Of a DNA stretch of 64,000 nt, positions 38,617 to 49,381 are shown in pieces. A model generated the notes under the pieces. The model was not told the origin of the DNA. It saw only the letters and a list, made by a program, of their open reading frames with translations, and ran no database searches. Location of the stretch: positions 1 to 64,000 of the IMG/VR virus record IMGVR_UViG_3300025168_015970. One strand, given 5' to 3'. How positions within the stretch are numbered: position 1 is the first letter of the stretch; each line of letters starts with the position of its first letter. Origin of the DNA: a virus. The position numbers and the translations under genes are program-made.

Positions 38617-39477
38617 TTAACCCCAAAAGTAACTCATTGCAACGTTTGTCTTATAAGAACAGTCAGGCATTTTTTTAACAATTTTTTTAAATTCTTCTTC
38701 TGTAATATTTCCTTGCCTCCAAGATTCTCCTTCAATACAACCTATCATTGAGTTAGTTCTCTCCTGAATAGACTTTACATACATAGAAGCAGCAAACATC
38801 TCATCTGGATTACCAGTATCAAACCATGCGTAATTGCTATCTAATCGAGTATGAGTTAATTCTCCGTCATTTAAGTAACTCTTATTTAAATCTGTTATTT
38901 CTAATTCCCCTCTAGCTGATGGTTTTAATGCTCTTGCTCTCTCTCCTGCAGTATCATCATAGAAGTAAATACCAGTAACTGCGTCATTACTGAGTGGAGA
39001 ATCTGGCTTTTCTTCAATAGAAATTACTTTATCTGAATCATCTACTTTAATTACACCATAATCTGATGGATTAGATACTCTGTAACTTACTACTCCAGCT
39101 CCATATTTTATATTAGGTTTCTTAATACCAGTGAAAATATTATCCCCTAAAATTAAACAAACATCATCTGAACCTTGCCATTTTTCTGCTATAATAAGAG
39201 CCTCAGCAATACCCTTTGGAGTTACTTGAACCTTGAAAGTAAAATTAATACCAAGATAAGCCTTAATAGTACTAGTTTGATTAAAGAGACTACACAAGCT
39301 CGAATACGCCAAGCCGTTTGTTACAATCATTATATCAGTTATACCTAATTTTATTAAAGTAGTAAGCGGATAATAAATTGTAGGTTTATCATAAACCGGT
39401 AGTAGTTGTTTGGAAGTAGTTTTAGTACTCGGATATACTCGAGAGCCTGTACCCCCAGCTAAGATAATTCCCTTCAT
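38617..39477 (-). CDS. rmlA: Glucose-1-phosphate thymidylyltransferase
   Basis: KGIILAGGTGSR, SKQLLPVYDKP, LILGDNIF, EEKP, SARGELEITD and WFDTG motifs. Confidence 0.95.
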   Translation of the reverse strand: MKGIILAGGTGSRVYPSTKTTSKQLLPVYDKPTIYYPLTTLIKLGITDIMIVTNGLAYSSLCSLFNQTSTIKAYLGINFTFKVQVTPKGIAEALIIAEKWQGSDDVCLILGDNIFTGIKKPNIKYGAGVVSYRVSNPSDYGVIKVDDSDKVISIEEKPDSPLSNDAVTGIYFYDDTAGERARALKPSARGELEITDLNKSYLNDGELTHTRLDSNYAWFDTGNPDEMFAASMYVKSIQERTNSMIGCIEGESWRQGNITEEEFKKIVKKMPDCSYKTNVAMSYFWG

Positions 39478-39560
39478 GTATTTATATTATAACGCCTATT
39501 TTAACAATTCAACTAATTTATTAAGCTGGAAATCAATAAATAATTGTAAAGGTATACAAT

Positions 39561-42164
39561 ATGAGTAGACGAACAATTCAATCACCAGGAGTAGAAATTA
39601 GGGAAATTGACTTATCCCAGCGTCCCGCAGCCGCACTAGGGACGAGCGTATTCATTGCAGGATTCTCAAACCAAGGGCCTACAGATGAAATTTTCAACGT
39701 TGGTACCTTTGCAGAATTCGAAGAAATTTATGGAAGCCCTACAACCGCAGCTGAGAGATATTTTTATCACTCCGCTAAGCAAGTTTTCGAGAGTGATGCA
39801 AATGTTTATGCTTCTCGGTTACCGTATGGTTCAACAGCAGGTGATTACACTTATTCTGCTCTAACTTATCCAGTTGTCGGAGCAAAAACCTCAACTGTTT
39901 CTGCCTTATCAACAAACGTGGACGCTGGTGGTCTTGTCCTAAAAACTAACAGAACTGAAACAGCTGTAGTTACATCAACTAATGTCGGTATTGAGATAAT
40001 TTTAAAAGACAGTAATGATGAGTTTATTTATATTAACTACAGTGGTGGTAGTTTCACTCCGACCATTGGCTTTCAAGGAGTTAGTGCAACGGCAGCTGTC
40101 CTAGCAGCAAACACAGAATTATGGCCATTAACTGCAACAGGTAATACATTAGTGTCTGGTCAATTTTATGCCTCTCTCACCGGTTTGAGCGGTCTTAATA
40201 CCGGTACTACTGATTTAAGTTCTAGTAATTATTATGTTATTGGTCAGCCTACTTTAGTAGATTTAAATAAGGATGAATATAATGCTATTAACGAAGGTCA
40301 AATTACATGGAATAAATCCGGGAATGGTGGTGCTGATGCAGGATTTACAGGTGGTTCCACAGATCTAGCGAAAGCTGGTATAGTTATTTTAAATAAATCA
40401 AGTGTAACAACTAACGAAGGGTTTGAAGGGTATTATGTCGGTATTTCTGATAACTCTCATAGTAATCCTGCGACACCATTTGACGCCGTTAAACATGTCT
40501 ATACTACAACATCAGCTGACGACAAACAGCCCGCTGATTTTACAACAATTCCAAATTCGAGATTAGAATTTACCCTATCAGCCGCGGCTACACAAGATAT
40601 AGATAGTACTAGTAGATCTCTTGAAGATTTATCATCATTTGAACTCGGTCCAGAATTTATTGATTCTATTAACTTAGGGATATTTAAAGTACGAAACACT
40701 CCGTTTAATAAATCATCCGTTGAGCTAACTACTTTCTTAGCAGAAAAACATACAGGATCTTTAAACTCGGCCCGGAAGATACAAAATCAAAACGGTGGTT
40801 CAAAGTTACCATTTTTCATAGGTAGTGTTGAAGATAATTCTGCTAATATTAAAATTCTAGTCAATGAGCATATTAGTGTTAGCAATACCGATACAGAGTG
40901 GACTGCTGCAGGAGGCGCTCCTAAAAAGTTTGTAAGAACGATTCACGATAATAATACTAATGCAGGTATTTTAAAGGCTCTTCGTACAGATATGACTGCT
41001 ACTGGTCAAACAACTGCGCATAAAAATTATACTGGAACTCAAGGATTATTTCCATTAGGTAATTATGGTACCTCTTTGAATACAACATCTAAGAATATTG
41101 GTCAAGTTGGTACAAAATTAGATAGAATATTTAATATAGCTTCAAATATTGATTTATTTACAATTGACGTTACAGTAGAAGCTGGGTTAGGTACAATTCA
41201 TGCTTTTGGTAAAGATAGTAATTATGATGATACCTCTTTCGTTAATATTGGTGATAGTACCAATTCAACTGGTTTCTATACAACTGATGCTACTATGAAA
41301 GATCCCACTGGGGTATTCGCGGGGTACAGAGATGATTATAGAACTATTTTCAATGCATTTGAGACATTTGCACGTCAAACTAGAAAAGATCATATCTTTA
41401 TCGCAGATGCTCTGAGACCATTAGTTGTTCAAGGAGCTAATCAGAAGGTACTTGATGATAAAGCTAAAACATTTAGCCAACACGTCTATTGGCCGTTAAG
41501 GCATCAGTTCGGTACTGCTAATAGTAATTATGCTGCAACGTATGGTAACTGGGCAAAAGTCAATGATGGAGCTAGCGGTAAGCAAGTATGGATTCCGTTC
41601 TCTGGTGTCGTGGCTAAGATATATGCTAACAATGACGCAAACTTTGCTCCTTGGTTCGCTCCTGCTGGTTTTAATCGTGGGATTGTATCAGGAGTAAATG
41701 ATATCGCAATAAGTCCAACTCAACGTCAAAGGGATCAATTATACAGGATCGCAATTAACCCTGTTACACAATTCCCTGCAGAAGGTATTGTTGTATTTGG
41801 TCAGAAGACCTTACAAAGAAAACCAACGGCATTTGATCGAGTTAATGTTCGTCGATTGTTCCTCGATTTAGAAAAAAGAACGCGGCAGACATTGAAATTC
41901 TTTGTCTTTGAACCTAATACGTTCTTAACAAGAAATAAGGTTGTTAATACATTAACACCTATATTTGAAAACTGTAAGCAAACAGAAGGTGTTTATGATT
42001 ACCTTATTGTTTGTGATGACAGGAATAATCCTGCTAGTGTTATTGACCAGAACGAGTTAAGAGTAGACATCTACTTAAAACCAGTTCGCGCTGCAGAGTT
42101 TATCTTAGTTAACTTCTACGCTGTTAACACAGATGTTAATTTCGAGGAGATAGTAGGTCAATAA
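39561..42164 (+). CDS. gp18: Tail sheath protein gp18
   Basis: SPGVEIREID, PWFAPAGFNRG, INPV, GQKTL and FDRVNVRRLF motifs. Confidence 0.96.
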   Translation: MSRRTIQSPGVEIREIDLSQRPAAALGTSVFIAGFSNQGPTDEIFNVGTFAEFEEIYGSPTTAAERYFYHSAKQVFESDANVYASRLPYGSTAGDYTYSALTYPVVGAKTSTVSALSTNVDAGGLVLKTNRTETAVVTSTNVGIEIILKDSNDEFIYINYSGGSFTPTIGFQGVSATAAVLAANTELWPLTATGNTLVSGQFYASLTGLSGLNTGTTDLSSSNYYVIGQPTLVDLNKDEYNAINEGQITWNKSGNGGADAGFTGGSTDLAKAGIVILNKSSVTTNEGFEGYYVGISDNSHSNPATPFDAVKHVYTTTSADDKQPADFTTIPNSRLEFTLSAAATQDIDSTSRSLEDLSSFELGPEFIDSINLGIFKVRNTPFNKSSVELTTFLAEKHTGSLNSARKIQNQNGGSKLPFFIGSVEDNSANIKILVNEHISVSNTDTEWTAAGGAPKKFVRTIHDNNTNAGILKALRTDMTATGQTTAHKNYTGTQGLFPLGNYGTSLNTTSKNIGQVGTKLDRIFNIASNIDLFTIDVTVEAGLGTIHAFGKDSNYDDTSFVNIGDSTNSTGFYTTDATMKDPTGVFAGYRDDYRTIFNAFETFARQTRKDHIFIADALRPLVVQGANQKVLDDKAKTFSQHVYWPLRHQFGTANSNYAATYGNWAKVNDGASGKQVWIPFSGVVAKIYANNDANFAPWFAPAGFNRGIVSGVNDIAISPTQRQRDQLYRIAINPVTQFPAEGIVVFGQKTLQRKPTAFDRVNVRRLFLDLEKRTRQTLKFFVFEPNTFLTRNKVVNTLTPIFENCKQTEGVYDYLIVCDDRNNPASVIDQNELRVDIYLKPVRAAEFILVNFYAVNTDVNFEEIVGQ

Positions 42165-42195
42165 TAATAAGTAAACACTAAATAATTATAACATC

Positions 42196-42786
42196 ATGGC
42201 TGATATTAAACAAACAATTCAAGACTTTTATAAGGTAGCTCAAACGAGAGACTTTGCACGTGACTTTCAGTTTCGTGTATTAGACGTCTCTAACAAAGGT
42301 GTACCTGTTTTTACGGAAGACGACCTAGTGTACGCAACAACAGCAACACTTCCTGGAAAGCAAATCTCACCTAAAGAGGTTCCATATAACGGTTTTACCT
42401 TCCGTATCCCTGGTACGGTATCTTATAATAACAGTGCTGGGTTTACTATTGACTTCTATTGCGACGCTACAACTAATACTAGAGTTGCCATGGAGAACTG
42501 GATCACAGAAACATTTAATGATGAAACAACTACTGGTGATGGTGTTATTCACAACAATAGCACCATTACTTTAGTACAACTTGATACTAAGTTTGAGCCA
42601 TTACGTACATATAAATTGTTTGGTGTATTTCCAGTTAACAGCGGTGATATTAGTTATTCTATGTCAGGTAGTGGAGAAGTTGCAACAACAACCATTACTA
42701 TGGCTTATCAGTTCTTTAGAAGAGATAACGAATTAAACACAGCAGTCAATGCAATTGGTAAATTAGCTGGTGCAGTATTAGGTTAA
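42196..42786 (+). CDS. gp19: Tail tube protein gp19
   Basis: Follows the sheath; ATLPG..PG..FYCD..W..QLD..GVFP pattern. Confidence 0.85.
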   Translation: MADIKQTIQDFYKVAQTRDFARDFQFRVLDVSNKGVPVFTEDDLVYATTATLPGKQISPKEVPYNGFTFRIPGTVSYNNSAGFTIDFYCDATTNTRVAMENWITETFNDETTTGDGVIHNNSTITLVQLDTKFEPLRTYKLFGVFPVNSGDISYSMSGSGEVATTTITMAYQFFRRDNELNTAVNAIGKLAGAVLG

Positions 42787-42804
42787 TTACCCTAAATACT
42801 TTAA

Positions 42805-43569
42805 ATGAGTTTATTTGATCTATTTTTAGGCTCCTCCGGGCGCCCAAATGTTACTCTTCCTTCTCTTGAAAAAAGGAATTTAAGAGAATCTTTCTTCGAA
42901 CTATTACAAGAATTCTCTACCTTTCCTGCTTCCCAAAATTTATTCTTAGTAAAGATAGATAATCTACCGCCTGCTCTTACTGATCAGAACCAAAGAGATT
43001 TAGGTATAACTCAAGGTAGTAAGCCTTTAGGTATTGATAAGTCTAAATCAGTATATGAAAGATATATATCAGGTAGGGAGTTTATGTATCTGGCAACCGA
43101 GGTTGTGTTAACTACAGAGCAATTAGCTGTAACTAATAAAGGAAAATTAATTAACGGTTTATTACCTGTAGGTCCTTTTGTTGATAATAGAGATTACCCT
43201 GACACAGGTTTAAATATTGCATTTTCTGAAACTAACGTTAGTTTTGTAGATACAATAATAAGACCATGGATTCAATTATATAGCGTACATGGTAACTTTG
43301 ATGATATTGATTTGACTACAACTGTAACAATATATTTTATAGCTAAAGAAGAATTAACTAATCGAGCTACTTTTAAGTCAATATTATTTGGTTCCTCTGG
43401 TGGCTCTCCTGTTGTTCGTAAAATATATCAATACAAAGACTGTATACCATATAATATTGTTAGTGCAGATTCTGCGCAATATGCTTCTGATACTAAAATT
43501 GGTTCTATAGGTACACGATGGAGATTTTCTACGTATGACGTAATTACTCCTATAAATGGTAAGCTATAA
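42805..43569 (+). CDS. Tube-fold baseplate protein (gp54-like)
   Basis: FSETN..IIRPW..YQYKDCIP tube-fold pattern; position. Confidence 0.5.
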   Translation: MSLFDLFLGSSGRPNVTLPSLEKRNLRESFFELLQEFSTFPASQNLFLVKIDNLPPALTDQNQRDLGITQGSKPLGIDKSKSVYERYISGREFMYLATEVVLTTEQLAVTNKGKLINGLLPVGPFVDNRDYPDTGLNIAFSETNVSFVDTIIRPWIQLYSVHGNFDDIDLTTTVTIYFIAKEELTNRATFKSILFGSSGGSPVVRKIYQYKDCIPYNIVSADSAQYASDTKIGSIGTRWRFSTYDVITPINGKL

Positions 43570-44248
43570 TCATGTTGCAGATCTAACTTATTTATCTGAA
43601 AATAACAGAAATAAGGAATTCCTAGATCTATTTATATCTATATGCAAATCTAATAACATATTAGATATATTAGCTTTTATTAAGGAAGAACGGTTTGTAG
43701 AAGAAAATAGTAATATAAAAATATTATATGACAACAAAGAGCTACTCATCTTCAAAGAAAATTTTATTTTAAACCTACCAGAACCAAACCCTACAACATG
43801 TACAGTAGGGGATTTTGAATTTGCATTAGATTATCCAAATATAATAGATTATACATGTAAACCAATGCATTGTATTAAGAGTATACAATATCAAAATGAC
43901 ATTCATTATATAAAAACTAATGATGATTTTAATTTAATACCTAAAACTTTATATGATCAATTACAACCTTATATAAATCCATATATACAAGAGTTAAATA
44001 AAACTTTAATATATGAAGTAGGCCCTGTGACTAGTGGATTTATACTAGATATTGAGTTAATAATTAAAATAATATATTTAGCTTTTGTTACTTCGTTCAA
44101 AAATATAATTGATGAGCGGTTGTTTTTAATGAAAGAATATAATTTTACGTATGAAGCTTTTGATAAAATTTCTTTCCTACAAGCTAAACAATATTTAACA
44201 AAAGGTATTAAACTAATTAATGAACGCAATAATCCAGAAACTCAGTGA
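43556..44248 (+). CDS. Hypothetical protein, possible baseplate hub assembly factor (gp26/gp51-like)
   Basis: C-terminus LMKEYNFTYEAFDKISF..YL resembles gp51; position. Confidence 0.4.
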   Translation: MVSYNHVADLTYLSENNRNKEFLDLFISICKSNNILDILAFIKEERFVEENSNIKILYDNKELLIFKENFILNLPEPNPTTCTVGDFEFALDYPNIIDYTCKPMHCIKSIQYQNDIHYIKTNDDFNLIPKTLYDQLQPYINPYIQELNKTLIYEVGPVTSGFILDIELIIKIIYLAFVTSFKNIIDERLFLMKEYNFTYEAFDKISFLQAKQYLTKGIKLINERNNPETQ

Positions 44249-44864
44249 GTTAAGTAAATTAAATTTTACTTTACCTATTAGTAATCAGTCTGTTGAAATC
44301 AGTAAGATTAACTTAGAACTACAATCTAAGTTTGAAGATTTTGCGAGGAGCGTAGATAATCAACTAACAGCTAGTACGAAATATCTACAGTTTATTAATA
44401 ACCATATACGGAGAGAAGCAAAAGGAAATATCGGGTATTTAGATAAACTATATATATTACAACAATGGTTTAATGACGTAAAGCCTGATGAACAAGTAGA
44501 GTGCGAAATTACTGACATTCAAATACCAGATTACACTCTTACTATAGAAGGAGCTGACTTTATATTTAAATTTGAACTACCAGAGATAGCGAAAGAATTA
44601 GCATATTTAAAATATATTATTGAAACAAAAAAAGACGAAATGAAGTCTGTTGATGCCTTATTTTATTTTATTTTTAGATTTGTACATACAATTGAAGTAG
44701 ATACCGATGAGTTGAAAGCAGAAGATATTGAAACTGCTGAGACTTTATACAGGTATTTGAGTATGAATAAGATAACATCTATCACTAATCACATAGATAA
44801 AGCTCTAGAACCAATACAACCTGTAAGAAACTTCGAAGTAGATCCACGTGTATTCTTTGCCTAA
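44220..44864 (+). CDS. Baseplate hub assembly protein (gp26-like)
   Basis: TLPISNQ N-terminus and FF C-terminus; precedes the tape measure. Confidence 0.45.
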   Translation: MNAIIQKLSELSKLNFTLPISNQSVEISKINLELQSKFEDFARSVDNQLTASTKYLQFINNHIRREAKGNIGYLDKLYILQQWFNDVKPDEQVECEITDIQIPDYTLTIEGADFIFKFELPEIAKELAYLKYIIETKKDEMKSVDALFYFIFRFVHTIEVDTDELKAEDIETAETLYRYLSMNKITSITNHIDKALEPIQPVRNFEVDPRVFFA

Positions 44865-44879
44865 TAATTAAATAATTAT

Positions 44880-46451
44880 ATGGCAGAGTTAACTGCAGAA
44901 CAACTCAAGGCTTTAATGGGTAACCAAGCGAGCCTTGAGGCTAATAGATCTCAGATGGAAGAATTCCGTCAACAAGATATACCCGCGATTATTCACAGGT
45001 TAGGGGATATCAGCACGAATATTCGGGAGCTTCTAAAAACAAATCTGTCCATCGCGGTAATCGGGTCAAAAGAAAAAGGAAAAACAACTGATGGTACAGC
45101 GCAAGCCCAAATTGGTGAGAACCCATTAGACAGTATATCATCTCATTTAAAAGATATAAAAGATTTCCTTGTGGAAACGTTTAAGAAGGGCCCTGAGAGT
45201 AATTTTAAAGATAAAATATCAACACCTCCAGGTACAAAGGATTCAGTAACAGAAAAGCTAGGAGAATCAATGGACTCTGGTTCAAAAACAGCGATGGGTT
45301 GGTTAGGTGGATTGTTTGCAGTAGGTGCTCTTGGTGAGCTTAGTAAAGTATTAGGTATAGGAGCCGCTGGTGGTACTGCTGGTTTACTAGCTAAAGTTGC
45401 CGGTAAGATATTTAAGTTTACTGGCCCAGTACTGAGGAGGATACCAATTCTTGGTTCTCTATTTTCATTTTACGAAGCATACAAAAAGATTAAGGCTGGT
45501 GGTATTGATAATACTATATTTGGTTTGATGGATTTAGCTGCTGGTTTTGCTTATGCGGTACCTGGTCTTGGAACTGGTATTGGTATTGGTATAGACGTAT
45601 TACAATACTTCCTCAAAAACAAAGCTGATGAATTTAAAAAAGAAAGTGGAGATACAAGTTTCTTTGGAAGTATGTATGAGAAATTGATCGATTATTTATC
45701 TGAAACTCCTATGATTAAATGGATGGCAGAGCTAGGAACTAAATTCTCTGCTATTTGGGATAACCCAAGTTTGGAAACACTTGGAGCTTTTGCAGGTCAC
45801 TTAGCATATGGACCTCTTATGCCGCTTATAACTGCATTGTCTATGCTGAACGATGCAAGTTCAGTTTTAGGTCTTACAGATAAAAGTGGTAACCCTCAAA
45901 AACTTTTTGGATGGTTATATAATAAAGTAGAGGATTATATAATTACCCCTGTTAAAGATATGTTTACTTCAGTATTTGATTTTATAAAAAATACAATTAA
46001 CACTGTACAAGATAACATAGCAGATATGATATTATCAATAGTAGACAATTTACCAGAAACTTTTGGTATAAGGGAAAAGATAAAATCCTCTCTTGGGTTA
46101 ACAACTGATCCAGACCCTGGTGGAGAAAAGAATAAATTAAGAAACGATATTAAAAAGAAATTATCAGATGTCTATAAGGGAGATAGAGAAGCAATGCTAA
46201 GAGCAGAGCAAAAAGCTGACACGGGTGATTTACCTGCATTAAAACAGCAGCTTAAAGAAATGGACAATCAGTTATTAAAAGATGCTACTCCTATAAATCA
46301 GCCAGAAAAATTACCAACGTTAGAACAGATAGATAAAGAAATAATAAACAAGGCATTTGGTCTCGCACCAAATCAAAGCACTGTAAACCAAACTCAAGTA
46401 AATACATACGTTGCACCATCCGCACCTTCTCGTAGATACAGGAGACGTTAA
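44880..46451 (+). CDS. Tape measure protein (gp29-like)
   Basis: Helical, Gly/Ala-rich hydrophobic core (RRIPILGSL, VPGLGTGIGIG); 523 aa; position. Confidence 0.65.
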   Translation: MAELTAEQLKALMGNQASLEANRSQMEEFRQQDIPAIIHRLGDISTNIRELLKTNLSIAVIGSKEKGKTTDGTAQAQIGENPLDSISSHLKDIKDFLVETFKKGPESNFKDKISTPPGTKDSVTEKLGESMDSGSKTAMGWLGGLFAVGALGELSKVLGIGAAGGTAGLLAKVAGKIFKFTGPVLRRIPILGSLFSFYEAYKKIKAGGIDNTIFGLMDLAAGFAYAVPGLGTGIGIGIDVLQYFLKNKADEFKKESGDTSFFGSMYEKLIDYLSETPMIKWMAELGTKFSAIWDNPSLETLGAFAGHLAYGPLMPLITALSMLNDASSVLGLTDKSGNPQKLFGWLYNKVEDYIITPVKDMFTSVFDFIKNTINTVQDNIADMILSIVDNLPETFGIREKIKSSLGLTTDPDPGGEKNKLRNDIKKKLSDVYKGDREAMLRAEQKADTGDLPALKQQLKEMDNQLLKDATPINQPEKLPTLEQIDKEIINKAFGLAPNQSTVNQTQVNTYVAPSAPSRRYRRR

Positions 46452-46468
46452 CATTAAGATATTAATAA

Positions 46469-47578
46469 ATGAATAAATTATTTAAATTTGTAAGAGATGA
46501 ACAATCTCAAATAGGGATAGGAGGAGACGATGTTGACCGAACATTCGGAGTTGCAGCAGCCGCAGCGTCAGCAACTGTTGAGGGTAAAAGTGATCGACTA
46601 GTACCAGATGGTGGTAAAGTAATAGATGTAGTAAAGAATTTTAAGTGGACAAAAACTAAAAGAAATAGTGTTGGTAGAGAAAATACCCCTACTTTAGAAT
46701 TACAAGAGTTTCAAGTTGCTCTACCAGCTTTTTATAGTAATTTAAATGTAGCAAAACAAATAGCTGATTCTGCAGGTAAAGGAATAGGTGGATTGTTAGA
46801 TCAAATAACTAAAATAGCAGGTGAAGGAGAGAGTGTAACAACTGTAGTTAAAGATGCAGGGAGTAAGGTTAGTTCTACAGCTCAAGGTACCATAGATAAG
46901 GCTCGAGCACAATTTGGTGTTGAAACGATGAAAATGCCACAGTATCTTAAATCTTATGAAGAACTATACGGTGTAAAAAGAACTAATTTTATTTACAAAT
47001 TACCATATTTAGAAGACAAATATAAAAGTATATCAAACAACTGGCAAATGGGTGGTGGTACTCTTTCTACAGCAATAACAGATGGTGTTTCTTCATTAAC
47101 AAATTTACTTGGTAGTTTAGCAGCTCCTGGAGTAGGTATTGATTTTTCTAAATCGTTTAATTACGATAATTCTGGACCTGAGCATACCATGTCATTTTTT
47201 CTAGATAATACAAGAGACTCTGAATATGGTAATAATATGTACGAGATGAACTATCGTTTAATTTTCTTATTGTTATATCAAAATATGCCTAATAAATTAA
47301 ATCGAGTTGCTTTAACTCCACCTGTAATTTATAGAGCTAAATTACCAGGGGTGTTTAGTTATAGATATAGTTTTTTGAGTAGTTTAGCAGTAAACATGAT
47401 AGGTACTCGTAAAAATAAAACAATCTCCGGTTTTATTAATACAGAGAACAATAAGAGTGTTCAAGCAGTTATACCCGAAGGTTATGAAGTAACCCTTACT
47501 TTAAAGAGCTTAGTACCAGAAACCCAAAACTTATATTTTGATGCAGTAAATAACCCTGTATTTTCAACCCAAGTATAA
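46469..47578 (+). CDS. Baseplate tail tube cap (gp48-like)
   Basis: Position before gp53-like; PPVIY..SSLAVN..VTLTL tube-fold C-terminus. Confidence 0.5.
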   Translation: MNKLFKFVRDEQSQIGIGGDDVDRTFGVAAAAASATVEGKSDRLVPDGGKVIDVVKNFKWTKTKRNSVGRENTPTLELQEFQVALPAFYSNLNVAKQIADSAGKGIGGLLDQITKIAGEGESVTTVVKDAGSKVSSTAQGTIDKARAQFGVETMKMPQYLKSYEELYGVKRTNFIYKLPYLEDKYKSISNNWQMGGGTLSTAITDGVSSLTNLLGSLAAPGVGIDFSKSFNYDNSGPEHTMSFFLDNTRDSEYGNNMYEMNYRLIFLLLYQNMPNKLNRVALTPPVIYRAKLPGVFSYRYSFLSSLAVNMIGTRKNKTISGFINTENNKSVQAVIPEGYEVTLTLKSLVPETQNLYFDAVNNPVFSTQV

Positions 47579-47580
47579 TT

Positions 47581-47952
47581 ATGATTACAGACTTAGAACA
47601 ATATCAAAATCAAATAAAAGATTTACCTAATTTAGAAGATGTAAGATATGAAAATATTTTTAAAGTTGCGAAGTCAGACAAATTCTTCTTCTATAATATT
47701 ACAAAAAAGATATCTATACCAGATGATTTACAGTCAGATGTTTATTATGAATTAAGAATTAACAGCAAAAAACCATGGACAACTTTATCGAATGATGTAT
47801 ATGGTACTCAAGATTTATGGTGGTTGATTTGTTTAGTAAATAATGTCTTTAACCCTATAGGTAACCCTGAATTAGGAGCTGTATATAAAATAATAAGACC
47901 CGATTTTGTTAACCCTATTTTAGCAGAAATAAAAAGACTTACTAATGGCTAA
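47581..47952 (+). CDS. gp53: Baseplate wedge gp53-like (LysM-like)
   Basis: LSNDVYGTQDLWWLICLVN..NP motif. Confidence 0.75.
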   Translation: MITDLEQYQNQIKDLPNLEDVRYENIFKVAKSDKFFFYNITKKISIPDDLQSDVYYELRINSKKPWTTLSNDVYGTQDLWWLICLVNNVFNPIGNPELGAVYKIIRPDFVNPILAEIKRLTNG

Positions 47953-49381
47953 TATACCTCAAGCAAAAATGAAAGCAGCAACTGACTTTCCTTTTGTATC
48001 TATTAATGCAAATGGTACAGAATATGAAGTTACAGTTTTTCTGTTTAATAGTAGAGGAGAAGCTAGGTATATAGACTCTACTTCTTTATTTCAAATAGTA
48101 CTAGAAACAAACCACGATACTCCTTTCCTATTAGGGAGCGTGTCAATAAACGATGAGCAAAATTCAACCACTATTAACAAAGTAGATTTTGGCCCTAACG
48201 CCGCAGCTTTGTCTGAGATAAACAGCTACGGAGATGGAGAAGAATTTATAAAAATATTAATTAAATCTAATAATCAAAAAATATTAGAAAAAATATTTAT
48301 TATAACTAACAGTGAAAAAACAGTACAAGATAATAATAAACTTACTGTGTATTTTTTTATAGATGTAGTTTATTCTCATTTTGCCAATAAGAGAAAAATA
48401 TGGACTACAGATTTATTAAATGAAAAATTACAACAAAAAGTTATAATTAATACAGGGCGAGATAAAGTAAACTCTGGTAGAGCTCTTAAAGATGTTCTTA
48501 CATACTTTTCTGATGACCCTAATATTATAGATGAGAAAAATTGGGATGATGGTATAGGTACTGTTTATTATTCTTTACCAGCTGGTGAACCAGCTCTTAC
48601 TGCTATAGAAGAAATAATGAAAACATATGTTTCATCAGACGAAAGCGGAGGAGTACTTACATATTATAACGGACAATTTCAACTACAATCTATAAGAAGT
48701 AAAACAAATAAAATTTTTAAAAGTACTAATAAACATCCAGGTATACCTCAAACAATACTAGGTGATAACTTTGCAGGAGGTTTTAAGGTGTCTTCAGGAG
48801 ATAATAGAGTAAGTTATACAAATAAAGAAGCAAGCTCTATATTAGGTAATTATTACTCTTATATACCTATAGATATTAATGAGATACTATTTACAGATGT
48901 TAACTTCAACGCTACATTAGAAGAGCTAGACAAAAAAGAAATAATACAATTTGACGCTGAAGCAAAACAAATTACAATTCATAGCGACCAAGGCACAATA
49001 CCTGCTGTACAAGCCAGAAGTGGTGTTGAGTCTTTACCAGATGGAGAAAATATTCAATTAAATATTGATGAAAATAAAAAATTCAATAATACTAAAACTA
49101 AAATTTTCACAATGGCGGATGAAAGTACAACAAGGTATCATGGGACTATCCAATTACAAAAACAATTACTAAATAGTTTAACTAAAGCTAATTTTAGTTG
49201 TTTTGGAGATATTAATATAGCGGCAAACAAGTTTATTTATATGACATTAGATTTAAATACTAGAAATAAATTTGCTAATAAAATACCAGGGTTTTGGTAT
49301 GTAACTAAAAACCTTACAACTATAAGTGCAAGTCAATTTTCAAGTGCAATAGAATGTGTGAAATTAGATAAACCGAAATGA
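47945..49381 (+). CDS. Baseplate hub (gp27-like)
   Basis: Position; C-terminal GD..A..I..G.WYV..T..F.S.IECVK pattern. Confidence 0.55.
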   Translation: MANIPQAKMKAATDFPFVSINANGTEYEVTVFLFNSRGEARYIDSTSLFQIVLETNHDTPFLLGSVSINDEQNSTTINKVDFGPNAAALSEINSYGDGEEFIKILIKSNNQKILEKIFIITNSEKTVQDNNKLTVYFFIDVVYSHFANKRKIWTTDLLNEKLQQKVIINTGRDKVNSGRALKDVLTYFSDDPNIIDEKNWDDGIGTVYYSLPAGEPALTAIEEIMKTYVSSDESGGVLTYYNGQFQLQSIRSKTNKIFKSTNKHPGIPQTILGDNFAGGFKVSSGDNRVSYTNKEASSILGNYYSYIPIDINEILFTDVNFNATLEELDKKEIIQFDAEAKQITIHSDQGTIPAVQARSGVESLPDGENIQLNIDENKKFNNTKTKIFTMADESTTRYHGTIQLQKQLLNSLTKANFSCFGDINIAANKFIYMTLDLNTRNKFANKIPGFWYVTKNLTTISASQFSSAIECVKLDKPK